Assembly (NCBI GenBank): GCA_020137815.1 | Contig: CM035357.1 | Location: forward strand, 434,001 to 498,000 | Reading direction: 5' to 3' | DNA: 64,000 nt | Source of the DNA: Hormiphora californensis | Lineage: Eukaryota > Animalia > Ctenophora | In this document: positions 24,039 to 37,300 of the stretch, one piece after another | How the letters are laid out: the number at the start of each line of letters is the position of its first letter | Numbering within the stretch: position 1 is the stretch's first letter | The notes under the pieces: generated by a model | What the model was told of the DNA's origin: nothing | The model's input: only the letters and a program-made list of their open reading frames with translations | Database searches by the model: none | Made by a program: the position numbers and the translations under genes

Positions 24039-27000
24039 CTACGTTATCGATCGACTCGACCCATTAAATCCATTCAACGCGACCTGAAAATGGGGGAAGA
24101 GGTTTTAGATTGAGTTAAAATAAATGATAATACTTTGTCATACGGTGCTTGTCAGGGGAAAGAGTATATCAAGCCGTTCAGAGCCGCTATATTTTACTGA
24201 ACACATTATATGTTCGGGATAAGTAGATTGGTTGTGGTGCACCATACCCACCATCACCATGGTGACAAGAGGGGGAGAGAGATCAAGAAAGATATCATTC
24301 GAACACACGATGATGCCAGCATATATTGAACACTCAGCCGAACAACAAAACACAAACCATGTGCAGCTTATAACCTTCCTGTAAAACATGCCCTTTCTAG
24401 AGCAGTATATGTTTAAGATATGAGAGTAAGTGGATCGGACACGGTGTAGAAAATCAGTTATATTTAGTGGAAACCAAGCAGCGACACGCTTGAAACAAGG
24501 CACACGTGCGACACACATAAACATTCATTCTGAATAGTGATAACTCTTGCTGAAGCATTCTGCTTTCAAATTAAAGCTAAATCAAACACACAGAATGCAG
24601 CTGGAAAGACACATGTACTACACACGTGCATTGTGATTTAACACACATGTACACACGTGTTTACCATTTCAAATGTATTCCTACAATTGGACTGATCCCC
24701 TTCTGAGGCTGAGTTTAGTTGGGGGAGTGTTGCTGATCGGACACGTGATACCCCTCGAATACCCTGGGTAACCTAGAGAGTGGGAATGGTAACCATGGTA
24801 ACCTAGAGAGTGGGAGTGGTAACCATGGAGCTAGTGGGAGTGGTAACCATGGTAACCTAGAGAGTGGGCGGTGGTAACCAAGGTAACCTAGAGAGTGGGA
24901 GTGGTAACCATGGTAACCTAGAGAGTGGTAACCTGGGTAACCTAGAGAGTGAGAGTGGTAACCATGGTAACCTACAGAGTGGTCGTAACCATAGAGTTAG
25001 TGATGGATCGTGGTGTTGCACTGATCTATTATTCTATCCTAGTAAAAAACTTGGTACACAAATTAGATATCAATCAATCTCACATAGTGGAGGTGTACAA
25101 ATCATTTGGAACAGTGAATAATGGAGTTCAGTATTTTACTATTGAGACAGTATACCATGGACACAGAAACGTGATCTACCAGACATGTATGATTAGTTGA
25201 TATACCGAACCCTCACAGAGAACGGTGTGAGCTACACAAATGATCACACCTCTACTACTAATCATTAGTACATTGGTACACACACATGTCACACCTCACG
25301 CCTCTGCCTTCTCTCCGTGGCTGTTTGTGCTGCAAAAGCCCCCTTTCTCCTGACCCTCCTCCACCTGGCAGCGGCTCGTGCAACTCCAAAGATATGGATG
25401 GTGGGGAGGGGAGGTTCCTTCTCACTATCTAGATAGGCCAGGGTGTGCTAGAGAGACAAAGAGAGAGAGAGAGAGAGAAAGATAGAGTAGAGAGAGATAG
25501 AATAGAGATAATAGATAGAGAGAGAGAAGAGAGAAATAGGAAAGAGATAAAGAGATATAGAGAGGATAGAGAGATGCTACTGATAGATCATCCTCATGCT
25601 ATGTATCCTAGATACTCGAGACCGAGCTCTCTGCTCTAATCGTACGCTCTCTCTCTCTAGTCTCTCCTACTCGCTTCTTCTCTGAAACATCTGAGAGAGA
25701 GGGAAAAAAGTTGTTCTAACATCGAACCCTCATTTGTTTGTTTGTGATTGCTGCATCCAAAGGTTCTAACCCTTACGATGCCGTGATAGAGGGTTCAGGT
25801 GAGCAAGGTTTTATCTACCGAACCCTCACAGAGCCGGACAAAGCAAGGCAAGAGAAAATGTTTAAGCGTGCATCACACTTAAACACAACATTATTACTAA
25901 CTAATTAATTAATTAATTAATTAGTATAATTACCTTACTGACACTGTCAGCTAGTTGACCGATAACGAAACTCCACGACGTGGTACAGCCCGCTGTGATC
26001 GTACCCTTACTGACCAGGTAGTCAAACGCCTGGGGGAGTTAATTGGGAGTTAATTGGGGAGTTAATTAGGGGACTAATTGGAAAGTTAATTGGGAGTTAA
26101 CTAGCTGTGATGGTACCCTTACTGACCAGGTAGTCAAACGCCTGGGGGAGTTAATTAGGGAGTTAATTAGGGGACTAATTGGAAAGTTAATTGGGAGTTA
26201 ACTAGCTGTGATGGTACCCTTACTGACCAGGTAGTCAAACGCCTGGGGGAGTTAATTAGGGAGGTAATTAGCTGTGATGGTACCCTTACTGACCAGGTAG
26301 TCAAACGCCTGGGGGAGTTAATTAGGGGACTAATTGGAAAGTTAATTGGGGGTTAATTAGTTAGTGTTAATTAGGGAGTTAATTAGAGAGTTAAAAGTCA
26401 CGGCGGAAGTTGTTGAGTAAGGGAACAACTAAACGTACCACTCCGAATATTTGGTGAACACTTTCCAACCGCTGTCCTCTTTTACACTCAACTATCTTGT
26501 CAAGTTGGTTATCCTTTTGGAGTGTTCCAGACACCATTAACCAACTATCAATCGATGAGTTGCTGCCTCGATAGTTCTGAGGATGGAGAGGAGGGGGGGG
26601 GGGGTTAGGTAAAATATGTATCTCCCTTTCAGTCTGTCTCTTTCTTTTTCTCTGTCTCTCTTCCTTTCAGTCTACCTCTATCTATCTTTCTCTTTTTCTT
26701 TCGTTCTCTCATTCCCTCCCTCCCTCCCAACTGCAACTCTCGCTCTCACCTGTCCGGAGTCGTTCCCCTCGCTGTGATCCCCTCCTGTTCCCCCGTTAGT
26801 ATTATCCACCCCGTTGTTATGGTGATCCGGTGCTGATCCGTTCTGATCCCCAGTTGTTGTGGTAGTTGTTGAGGATCCTGCACCATTACTGCTGGGTTCA
26901 CCTACACTTGCCACATTACCATTCACACCTGTCAGAGATTAGGAGGGGGTTACTAGCAGTTCACCTACCACTTACACCTGCAGGAGGGAACATTCTACAT

Positions 27001-30000
27001 CTATAATAGAAAAAGGGCAGGGTCTAAGAGGGAAAACAATAAAATGAAAGTCTCTCTAAAACATTCCGTACCATTTGATGGTATATAACCATTCCCGCTG
27101 GTTGACCTACCATTTGATGGTATATAACCATTCCCGCTGGTTGACCTACCATTTGATGGTATATAACCATTCCCGCTGGTTGACCTACCATTTGATGGTA
27201 TATAACCATTCCCGCTGGTTGACCGGGACCGGGGAGGACTTGATAAGTGTCTCTCTGATTCTAACATCAGTGTAGCGGGACTACTGCTTCGCCCATTACC
27301 TGATGGGGGAATTGTCATCATACGTGAATATAATGTACGGAGGGGGGATTGTCAGGGAATTGTCATCAGAAGTGATGCATAATTTGAAGAAGGACGGAAT
27401 ATTCTTCTTCCGAAATGTTCTAACATTATGTTCAAATACACCCAATAACACCTAATTAAACCCAATCGCTCACCATTTTCACTATTGGTGTAGGTGAGAT
27501 TTGAACACACAGTGTCGGTAATACTATCAAAACTATTACATTTCATCACATGTCCACCCGTCTTCTCCTGGTCTCCTCCCTTATACTGACTGGTAGGGGA
27601 GAGGAGGGTTAGGGATCACTCTGGAGTTTCATTTGGGGGGGGGGGGGGGGGTATTTAAGGGTACACCTCGGCAAAATTTTTGTCGAGTGCCCGCTTAGCT
27701 CTCCATATGGGGTTGTAGGGCATACCAAGCCGACCTCAAATATGCAATTTTAGCCCTTAACTCGAATTCATATTTTTGCCTTAACGGTCCAAAGTTTGAC
27801 CCTAAAAACCGGTTTTTAAGGTCCCTAAATTTTATTTTTAGGGCTAGAAAGCTGAAAATTTAGGGATTCATAGAGGATACCAAGGTGTATAGCTCAAACA
27901 GAAATTTTTTGAAATGGAGCTCAATTTTTTGACTGGGACTATTTTACTTTTTTTGACTTTGAGGCCATATTTGGACATGTTCCTATGGACCGTTAAGGCT
28001 AAAAATTGGATATTTGGTGCTCCTAACAATTGTCAAAGTAGCCACAAATTTTCAGGAGGTCCGAATTTGAAATGTGGCCTACAGGTTTCTTTTTGTAAAG
28101 CACATATTTTAGGAAAACTTAAAATGGCTATATCTCAAAAACGGTAGGTCCTAGCGATCTAATTTCGTGCTAAATCGATTCAGCGGGTCCGATTTTGGGG
28201 GGGTCGTCTCTTAGACATTTTGCTCTAAGTCTAACCGTTTTTTCAGAAATCGTATTTTAAGGTTTGTACATGTTTAGCAGAAATAGGTAAGATTAGCTCT
28301 AACTAGAAGCATTTCTGCTAAACATGTACAAACCTTAAAATACGATTTCTGAAAAAACGGTTAGACTTAGAGCGAAATGTCTAAGAGACGACCCCCCCAA
28401 AATCGGACCCGCTGAATCGATTTAGCACAAAATTAGATCGCTAGGACCTACCGTTTTTGAGATATAGCCATTTTAAGTTTTCCTAAAATATGTGCTTTAC
28501 AAAAAGAAACCTGTAGGCCACATTTCAAATTCGGACCTCCTGAAAATTTGTGGCTACTTTGACAATTGTTAGGAGCACCAAATATCCAATTTTTAGCCTT
28601 AACGGTCCATAGGAACATGTCCAAATATGGCCTCAAAGTCAAAAAAAGTAAAATAGTCTCAGTCAAAAAATTGAGCTCCATTTCAAAAAATTTCTGTTTG
28701 AGCTATACACCTTGGTATCCTCTATGAATCCCTAAATTTTCAGCTTTCTAGCCCTAAAAATAAAATTTAGGGACCTTAAAAACCGGTTTTTAGGGTCAAA
28801 CTTTGAGGGCCTGTAAGGCAAAAATATGAATTCGAGTTAAGGGCTAAAATTGCATATTTGAGGTCGGCTTGGTATGCCCTACAACCCCATATGGAGAGCT
28901 AAGCGGGCACTCGACAAAAATTTTGCCGAGGTGTACCCTTAATTGGGCATATTATTTGTTTGGCTCCAGAGTCCAGGGTTTAACATATAATATTAGAAGT
29001 GCTAAAGAAATAAAATCTAACCAGGCCCCAAATATTGGAACATAACAAAGGGATCTGGCGGGTTGCTTACTTTTGATACTGAGTAATGCTAAACTTACTT
29101 TTCATACTGGGTAATGCTAAACTTACTTTTCGTACTGAGTAATGCTAAACTTACTTTTGATACTGAGTAATGCTAAACTTACTTTTGATACTGGGTAATG
29201 CTAAACTTACTTTTGATACTGGGTAATGCTAAACTTTTCTTCTTTCAGAAACTGGAGGTAGTAAAAACAGAATAAAAACACGTCCTCTTGTTTCTGTAAT
29301 CTGTCCTCCAACTGATGCCTGATGATGAGATATATTATAGTGTTAATAAATCGTATCACAGTCTGTTATAATTCCAGAAGTATTTAATTAATAATTAAAG
29401 TCACTATTATGGACTGTAAACGCAGGTATTAAAAGTAAGAATGATAATTGATGATTTCTACTAAAGGTAAAATCTAGTACCTACCCGAAGAGCAGCCAGT
29501 CGTAAGCGATGGTGAGGTAGAGGATTTCCTTTGCATTTAAATTCTGATGTACAGCCCCGTCCTGATAGAGCAATTTCCAATTAATTAATTAGAAAGGAAT
29601 GAGGATAATTTCCAATCAACTACATAATTAGTAATGGATTTGTATTGGATAAAGACGTTGATGAAATATATTCAATATTCATGGTATGAATATATTGAAT
29701 ATATGATTCATGTAGCCGATAGTTGCATATTGCATCATAGGATTCAGAGAGAGAAAGAAATAGTATTGCATGATGGATTGAAAGAAGAGAGGACCTGTCC
29801 TTGGCATATTGCCAGTATTATTTGTATTGGAATTCAGCCAGTATTATATGTATTGGCTCGAAGCCAGCATTCACACTTACTGCCCATAAAGTAAGCCTCA
29901 GTAGAGAGACGAAGAGGGGTGTCCTATCCCAACCTGAGATACAGTGTAGCAATAAACCTCCCTCACCTGTTGTAGAAATAGTTGTTACGTTCCTCCTTTA

Positions 30001-30778
30001 CATTTGTCGAACAATATTTAAGTTGTGTGAGAGAATCTTTGTGATTCAGTTTAAGAAAATGGTTAAATATGAGTTTATTATTTTTGTACACCCCTGTATT
30101 CTAAAAATATACCTTCTCCCAGGCACTTTATCATTAGCATCATGTAGTTGTTCGTCAACTCAACGAGGTTCCATCTCTAAAAAGGGAAAGTGTTAATTAG
30201 CCGCATTTATTCCACCGACACAAAAATCATAAATATATCCCATTTTAGAGCCACACACACACAGACAAAATGCCGCTGACTCAAAGTGTGTGCAAGTGGG
30301 CAGACCCTAAAAAGAGAGACTGTGTGCGCGCCGCGCAGCCACATACACTGACACAAAACTTTCTAAACATAACCCACAGTCCGCGCGTTACGTCTATTTA
30401 CCATACCTTGTAGTCTAGCCATTCACAGGGCAATTCTGAAACAAGGGGTGAATCGGGGAGTTTCAATTCAGCGTTCACGAAGGCTTGTTCCCAGTCGAAG
30501 AACATCTTCTCCGCACACCACTGTTTGGTACGGAATTCCGTGAAAAACTCAGTTCCTGAAAAGAGAGAGAGATGATAAGAAACTGACAGTGAGAAACCGA
30601 GATAGATAAATTTGTGCTCATGTCAGATCAAATCAAATCAATGTGATGGAGAGATTAAATTATATGTACATAATACAACATATGATTATCACTGCGTCTA
30701 AGATGGTGATAGAAACAATATACCCCTTCTATGATCATGATTTCTTATCACCCCTCTATGATGACTACTTTCACAGAA

Positions 30779-30850
<72 letters not shown>

Positions 30851-31264
30851 GTGACATAGAGAATATAGACCAGGTATGTATATGGGATGAGGGAGAGAGA
30901 CAGATAGCCCTATATGTCTAGACATGTGTAACTCAGTTAGACACACACACGCACACATATTGGTACAAACTGACACACACTGGACATGTCAGAAATGTTT
31001 CATGGTATTGGGTGAGTTACACCACTAATACATAATACAGGGTGTGTGTGTTCTGCATGTCGTGTTTGCTAGTAACTTGTGATTTTCTTCCCTATCTAAC
31101 TCTAGCTCTCAGATCTCATTCTGAAGAACTTGTGAATAGTGAGTGTTTTTTCGTACCTGGGTAGGGAACCGAGTAAAGATCAAAATCACAGTATCGCTTT
31201 TCTTTGTCCGCTTTTTCGCTGGAAGTAATACTGAGTCCAAACTTGACCTGCAGTAGAAAGGGGA

Positions 31265-31338
<74 letters not shown>

Positions 31339-34300
31339 CAAGATAACAAGCATATGGTATTACACTATTTCCAAGAGACTGCAGATGCGGCTACGTGAAA
31401 TCAGTAAAAACATAAAAACATGGCCATGTACATATTATGGGGGGAATGTTATATTCAAGATAAGAATAGCCCTCTGGCTCAGGTAATGCTTTTCTAGTTC
31501 GCTCAATTTTGAGTGACAGACTAAAAAACTTAGGTTTTTGTGACCCTCTCTAAAAATAGCTCGTTACCTCTCTAAAAATAGCTCGTTACCTCTCTAAAAA
31601 TAACTCGTTACCTCTCTAAAAATAACTCGTTACCTCTCTAAAAATAACTCGTTACCTCTCTAAAAATAACTCGTTACCTCTCTAAAAATAGCTCGTTACC
31701 TCTCTAAAAATAGCTCGTTACCTCTCTAAAAATAGCTCGTTACCTCTCTAAAAATAGCTCGTTACCTCTCTAAAAATAACTCGTTACCTCTCTAAAAATA
31801 GCTCGTTACCTCTCTAAAAATAACTCGTTACCTCTCTAAAAATAACTCGTTACCTCTCTAAAAATAACTCGTTACCTTCTTATTTTCCACCATCATATCA
31901 AAGATGTGTTTGACACGTAGAAACTTGAGTAGGTCCTTGTCTGCTTCTCGTGCCTTGTCGCACGTCTCCCACTCACTAGGCAAATCATCAAGTTAGTTAG
32001 GGGGAAGGGCGGGTGGTGGTTAGTTAGGGGGAAGGGCGGGGTGGGAGGGGCGGTGGTTTCTGAAAGTGCAACAAATGTATTTTTAGGACATCTTGTGTCA
32101 GGGGGCACTACATTGCAGAGTACTGTCAAGTTTCAGAGACTTGTCAGATGTTTTAGAGAACTGGAAAAATGCCAACTGTAAGTGGAGACGGGGGTTTTAA
32201 ACAGGGAGCAGGGGTTGGGAAAGCAGCTTTAAAATGTCTGAGATAAGAAAGTCGGACCACCTTACCAAAAACCTTTCAGCGGTACCATGACTTCCGGTAG
32301 GTTCTCAATTTTACAATCAAAATGATACTCAGGCTGAGAATTAACCAAAAGGAAGTCTCTTCGACATTATTTCTTGCACAGCCCCAAGCCCTATACCCCC
32401 CACTATCTCTGCTCATTACTCAACAGTCGGTCGCCCATGATACACATTTCACCAACATCTTTCTGCAGAACCCACTCGGATCTCTTTTTGTTCAGATCTA
32501 AACAGCAACACTGCTTTACCATTCTCTCCTCCTTTGTTGGGAAATATTCAGTAATGGCATACATGTTGCATCACTCTCCCCCTCAATCTCTCTCCCGCAG
32601 CTCGCTTTGTACCCACTCATATACAATTGCACAACACCACCACATGTGCAGATTGTGCAGATTGTGCAAAGTGTATTAATGCTGCAGTAGCAGTCTATCA
32701 TTACAAAACACTGATAACAAAGATATTCACTAGATCTTGCCTGACTGGACTGAGTTTTGAAAATGTGTCTTACCTTGAATATTCGTCCCAGGTTCCTTGT
32801 AGCCATTCCATCCCTGAACGTCCCACTATCTCTGCGGTTGTGGCTAGGGTGGCCGATCTGCAGACAAACTGAGGAAATAAAGAGAGAGATTAGTAGAAGA
32901 GAGGGATAGAGAGAGAGGGATAGAGAGAGAGGGATAGAGAGAGTTGAAAAAGAGAAGAAAATAAATATAGGACCGGTCGATAGAATGACTGATTTTATAC
33001 AAAGAAACCCAGAGATTAGGGAATTTAATCAAGTAGCTGTGCAATGAAAGGCTACCTCGATGTTTTTCTGTATAACAATCTCTTTCTCCAGAAACTTCTA
33101 TATCCAATAATGAAACTTCCTCTCTAGGAATCTAGAACATTCATTTGCTTCTAACAGATCTAGGTTTTAATACCTACAATGCATTCTATCAAGAGAAAAA
33201 GGGTGTTTTGGAAACATAAGACTTATAGAAGATTCCTTTGAAGCAATATTATTTATAGAGGGATGTAAGAGTAAGACAGGGTTTAATAATATTTATCATT
33301 TATATGTGAGCATGGAGGGATAAATTTCAATTGTTGTGGGATGTGTTGAAGAGGGGGGGGGGGTATTGAAGAGGGGGGGGGTGTTTGAGACCTGTGCTTT
33401 GTTTTAATCTCGAAACGTGTGAAGAAAAGTAGCTACAAAGAGGCAGAGAGAGAGGCAGAGAGAGGGTTATGGGGGAGACGAAGTGGTCGTGATGGCTTCT
33501 AAGTTACGTAAATCGTGTCGATAATACGATAATATTAACGTCACAGATCAGTAGATCAATGGATTCCCTGTGATACACAAATTGTGAAAGTGTATCCATC
33601 TCTCTATCTTCCTATCTTTATCACTCTCTCTATCTATCATTCTCTCTGTCTATGTCTCTACCTCTGCCTGTACTATGTACGTAACAATATTCACAATTTT
33701 TTTTGAATTCACAATATTTTTGCGAATTGAGATAATGTTCAAACTGCAGCCTCCACATTATACTTTTTAAGTTTGAGTATAATCTTTATCTTTATTGTGT
33801 CTCTATATTACAATATCATCGCACGCAAGCAGGAGAGAGAGATAGAGAGATAGAGAGAGAGAAAGAACGAGAGATAGAGGTAGAGACAGGGATAGCAGAG
33901 ATAGAGAGAGGGAGCGTGAGAGAAAGGGCAGACGGCCAGTATTATGCTTTACAAACGGCGACTACGCTCAATCGAACTATAGGCCGTTTAAAACAATACA
34001 TGTACATTGTTAAGTGTATACAAAGTTATACCGGTGTTTCCATGTCATGTTACCTTATTGTTAGCTTAAAAAGGCTAAAAAACATCTTATGCTCAGATGC
34101 AGGATACACTGTTTACTCTTGTAAAGTACTAGAATAAAGAGTCTTAAGTTAGAATAAAGAGTCTTAAGTTAGAATAAGTCTTAAGTTAGAATAAGTCTTA
34201 AGTTAGAATAAGTCTTAAGTTAGAATAAGTCTTAAGTTAGAATAAGTCTTAAGTTAGAATAAGTCTTAAGTTAGAATAAGTCTTAAGTTAGAATAAGTCT

Positions 34301-37300
34301 TAAGTTAGAATAAGTCTTAAGTTAGAATAAGTCTTAAGTTAGAATAAGTCTTAAGTTAGAATAAGTCTTAAGTTAGAATAAAGAGTCTTAAGTTCACCGT
34401 AGGCTGATAGAAGTTCTAACTATCAGTTTCGCTCCCCCACCAGTTACAACTCACTAACTCCCTAGCAGCGAAACATCACCAATTACCCCCCCCCCCATTT
34501 ACCGAACTATGAAAACATCACCAATTACCTTGTCCTTGTAGAAGATGACAGGGGACGGAAAGCGAGATCTGCACCGGGCTAGACGGGCTTTCTGGATGTG
34601 TTCCTTTATCTCTGCAGATATCTCTACCGGGGCACTGTAATAGGGATTATCATTAGGGGTAGTATTATTAGCATGTTATTAGCATTACATACTATTAACT
34701 GGGACACGTTTACGTGAAGTTGATAATGATTTATTTCGGATTATCTCAGGATAGTATGATGAGTGAGTTATTAGTGAACATTTCTATTACTAGAAGTTGT
34801 TTTTTAAATAATAGTTCCTCACAATAAGCAAGTGTAATGTTGAACTAAAGCATACAAAAGTGTCAACACACATCTAGAACACTCTCTTTAACATATAAAG
34901 CAACTCCATTCATTTAGAAGCCTCTATCTAAATGTCCCAAAATCGCAAATCACACAGCACAACACACATAAATGGTATCACTGGTAACTATCCCGCTGAC
35001 CCAATTGCGCTTTTCTCTTGGAGAATGGGCGTTGGGCGGGGCATTTCACCGGCATACCACTGGGCGTCCAGCAGGTCCGGCTTTTCCTAGGCTTTCCTAG
35101 TCCTTGACGTGATCCAAATTGCATATTGTCAGTTTGAACGGCAGACTGACTGTTCATCACACTCTCCACTTCCTCATCACCACTCATAACATCCACCTCT
35201 ATCACTCCCTTGTTTCCCTTTGAAACATCATTAGCTAACCGAAACAAAAACCCGTAATCCCCCTCACACACCGCCTCTTGTAGAACATCCATTAGGGAGT
35301 GATATACCCCACTGTCTAAACGAAGACATCCTGCTAGACGGACTGGATTCAGAAGCTTTTTATCGCTCTCTGTCAGTTTGTATGGTTTAGGTTTGGCTCT
35401 AAGTAGTTCTGCGAGAGTGGAGTACAGAGTTGGAGTGGCCGTCCCGGCAAGTTCGTTTAGCATTAGAATCGACACATCATCTTCCGGATTACTTTTCATA
35501 ACATTCCTTATTAAAACTTTCTTTAAATCGGAATTTTTAGATCTTTTTAGCGCCATGTTCAAAGCTTTCAAAAGCTTTCTATCACCCCTCTCCTTAACCA
35601 GATATACAGCCTCATCAAATAGAAATCTTGTTGTAGCATCACAACTGTCAGTAACTCCGTTTAGTTCAGTGCAGGTACCACAGAAAAATTCTAGACATGT
35701 CCGAGAAATCCAGTCAACTTTGAAAACAGCACTTATTTTGTTCAAATCTCGAAAACTCTCTTCATTCAGGTTCCCATCCTTCACATTTCCCGTGTAACAA
35801 CACTCAAGAAACAAATCAACTCCTTTTTCTGTAAAATCAGTCATGTCTACCTGGACAAGAGGCCCCTCTTTAGCCATACCCAGGATAACTGGGCTGTTAA
35901 CTGCCAGGATAAATGAATTTGCAGGAATCACCCCACCCTCTGAGGTTAGTAGTTCAACATTGTTCAGACCAGGGTAGTCACGGAATTCTACCCCCAGACA
36001 AGCCTGAGCAAACACTTGGTAGTAGGAAGACATGAAATATCAAAGGATAAACTAAAATGACTGCGTTTGATAGAAATATGACAAAACGGGCAGTGAATTT
36101 TAGGATAATTTCCACACATGACACTAAGTCATGCATGAATCACGGCATGTGAGACTACATCAATTGTCACTGTTATCAGTTAAATGTTACACTACAATTG
36201 ACATGATAAAAGTGGCAACATTCCATTCACACAACGTGTTCAGACCACATGTGCTTGTAACACCCAGATCTGGTTGGACAATGAGCTTGGTTTTTGACAG
36301 TATTGTGTTATTCAGATGGACCCCCCCCCCCTCTAACTATAATGAACCACCCCCCCCCCCTGATCCCTCTAACTATTATAGACCACCCACCCCCACCACG
36401 TACAGAATACAAAAACCTACCATTCACGGTAGCTAGTTGGTATTATGAGTTGTCTTGGGTAATGCCCGCACAGCTCCCCATTACAGTTACTCAGCATCTC
36501 TACATTATAATCTTTCTCAAATAACTTCTTACACTGTTCCTCAACCTGGCAGGGAGAACTGGTTAATAAAGGGGTGGAGGAACTGTGACTAGTCTTACAC
36601 GTGGCAACTGGAGAGGTGTGGAGGAGGTGTGGAGGTGTGGAGAGGAGAACTGAGGGAAAAACTTTTGAAACAATCTAACTATATCTAATGCAAATTTGCA
36701 CGGAAATGTGACACCCTATCGTCAATGTGACGACGTGATCCGTCAATGTGACGACGTGATCCGTCAGTGTGACGACGTGATCCGTCAGTGTGACGACGTA
36801 ATTCGTAGGTATCACGTATCACAAGTGCTAGAGATCTGCTTGCGAACTTGAGGGGTCACATCACAGACATAAAATGGAGAGAAATAAACAGGGATCACAT
36901 CACAAGGTAGCTCGCTTAGCTACCTGGTCTATTACCAGGACTTTGTGGGGGAGATGGAGACACACAGAGACAGAAAGAGAGAGAGACAGATAGATAAAAT
37001 ACATAGCATTGCTATTATAGCAACAGACAGACATGTAGACATAGTGAGGCAGAGAGAAAAAGATAGAAACAGGTCCCTCGATTTGCGATTGGTACGATCG
37101 CCCCAGTTTTGCTAGTATATTCTAACTCAGGAGGGGTTTATAATAATCTACAGTAGATCTACTGGGGAAACTGACTCAGGGTATATTTTACACTTGATGA
37201 AGTATAGTATATTCCGATCTACAGCTGTAGATCTACTACTGGGGAAACTAACCGTTGCAATGATGGGATTCTCCAGGGTGGTATGGTACGTCATTTGTGA

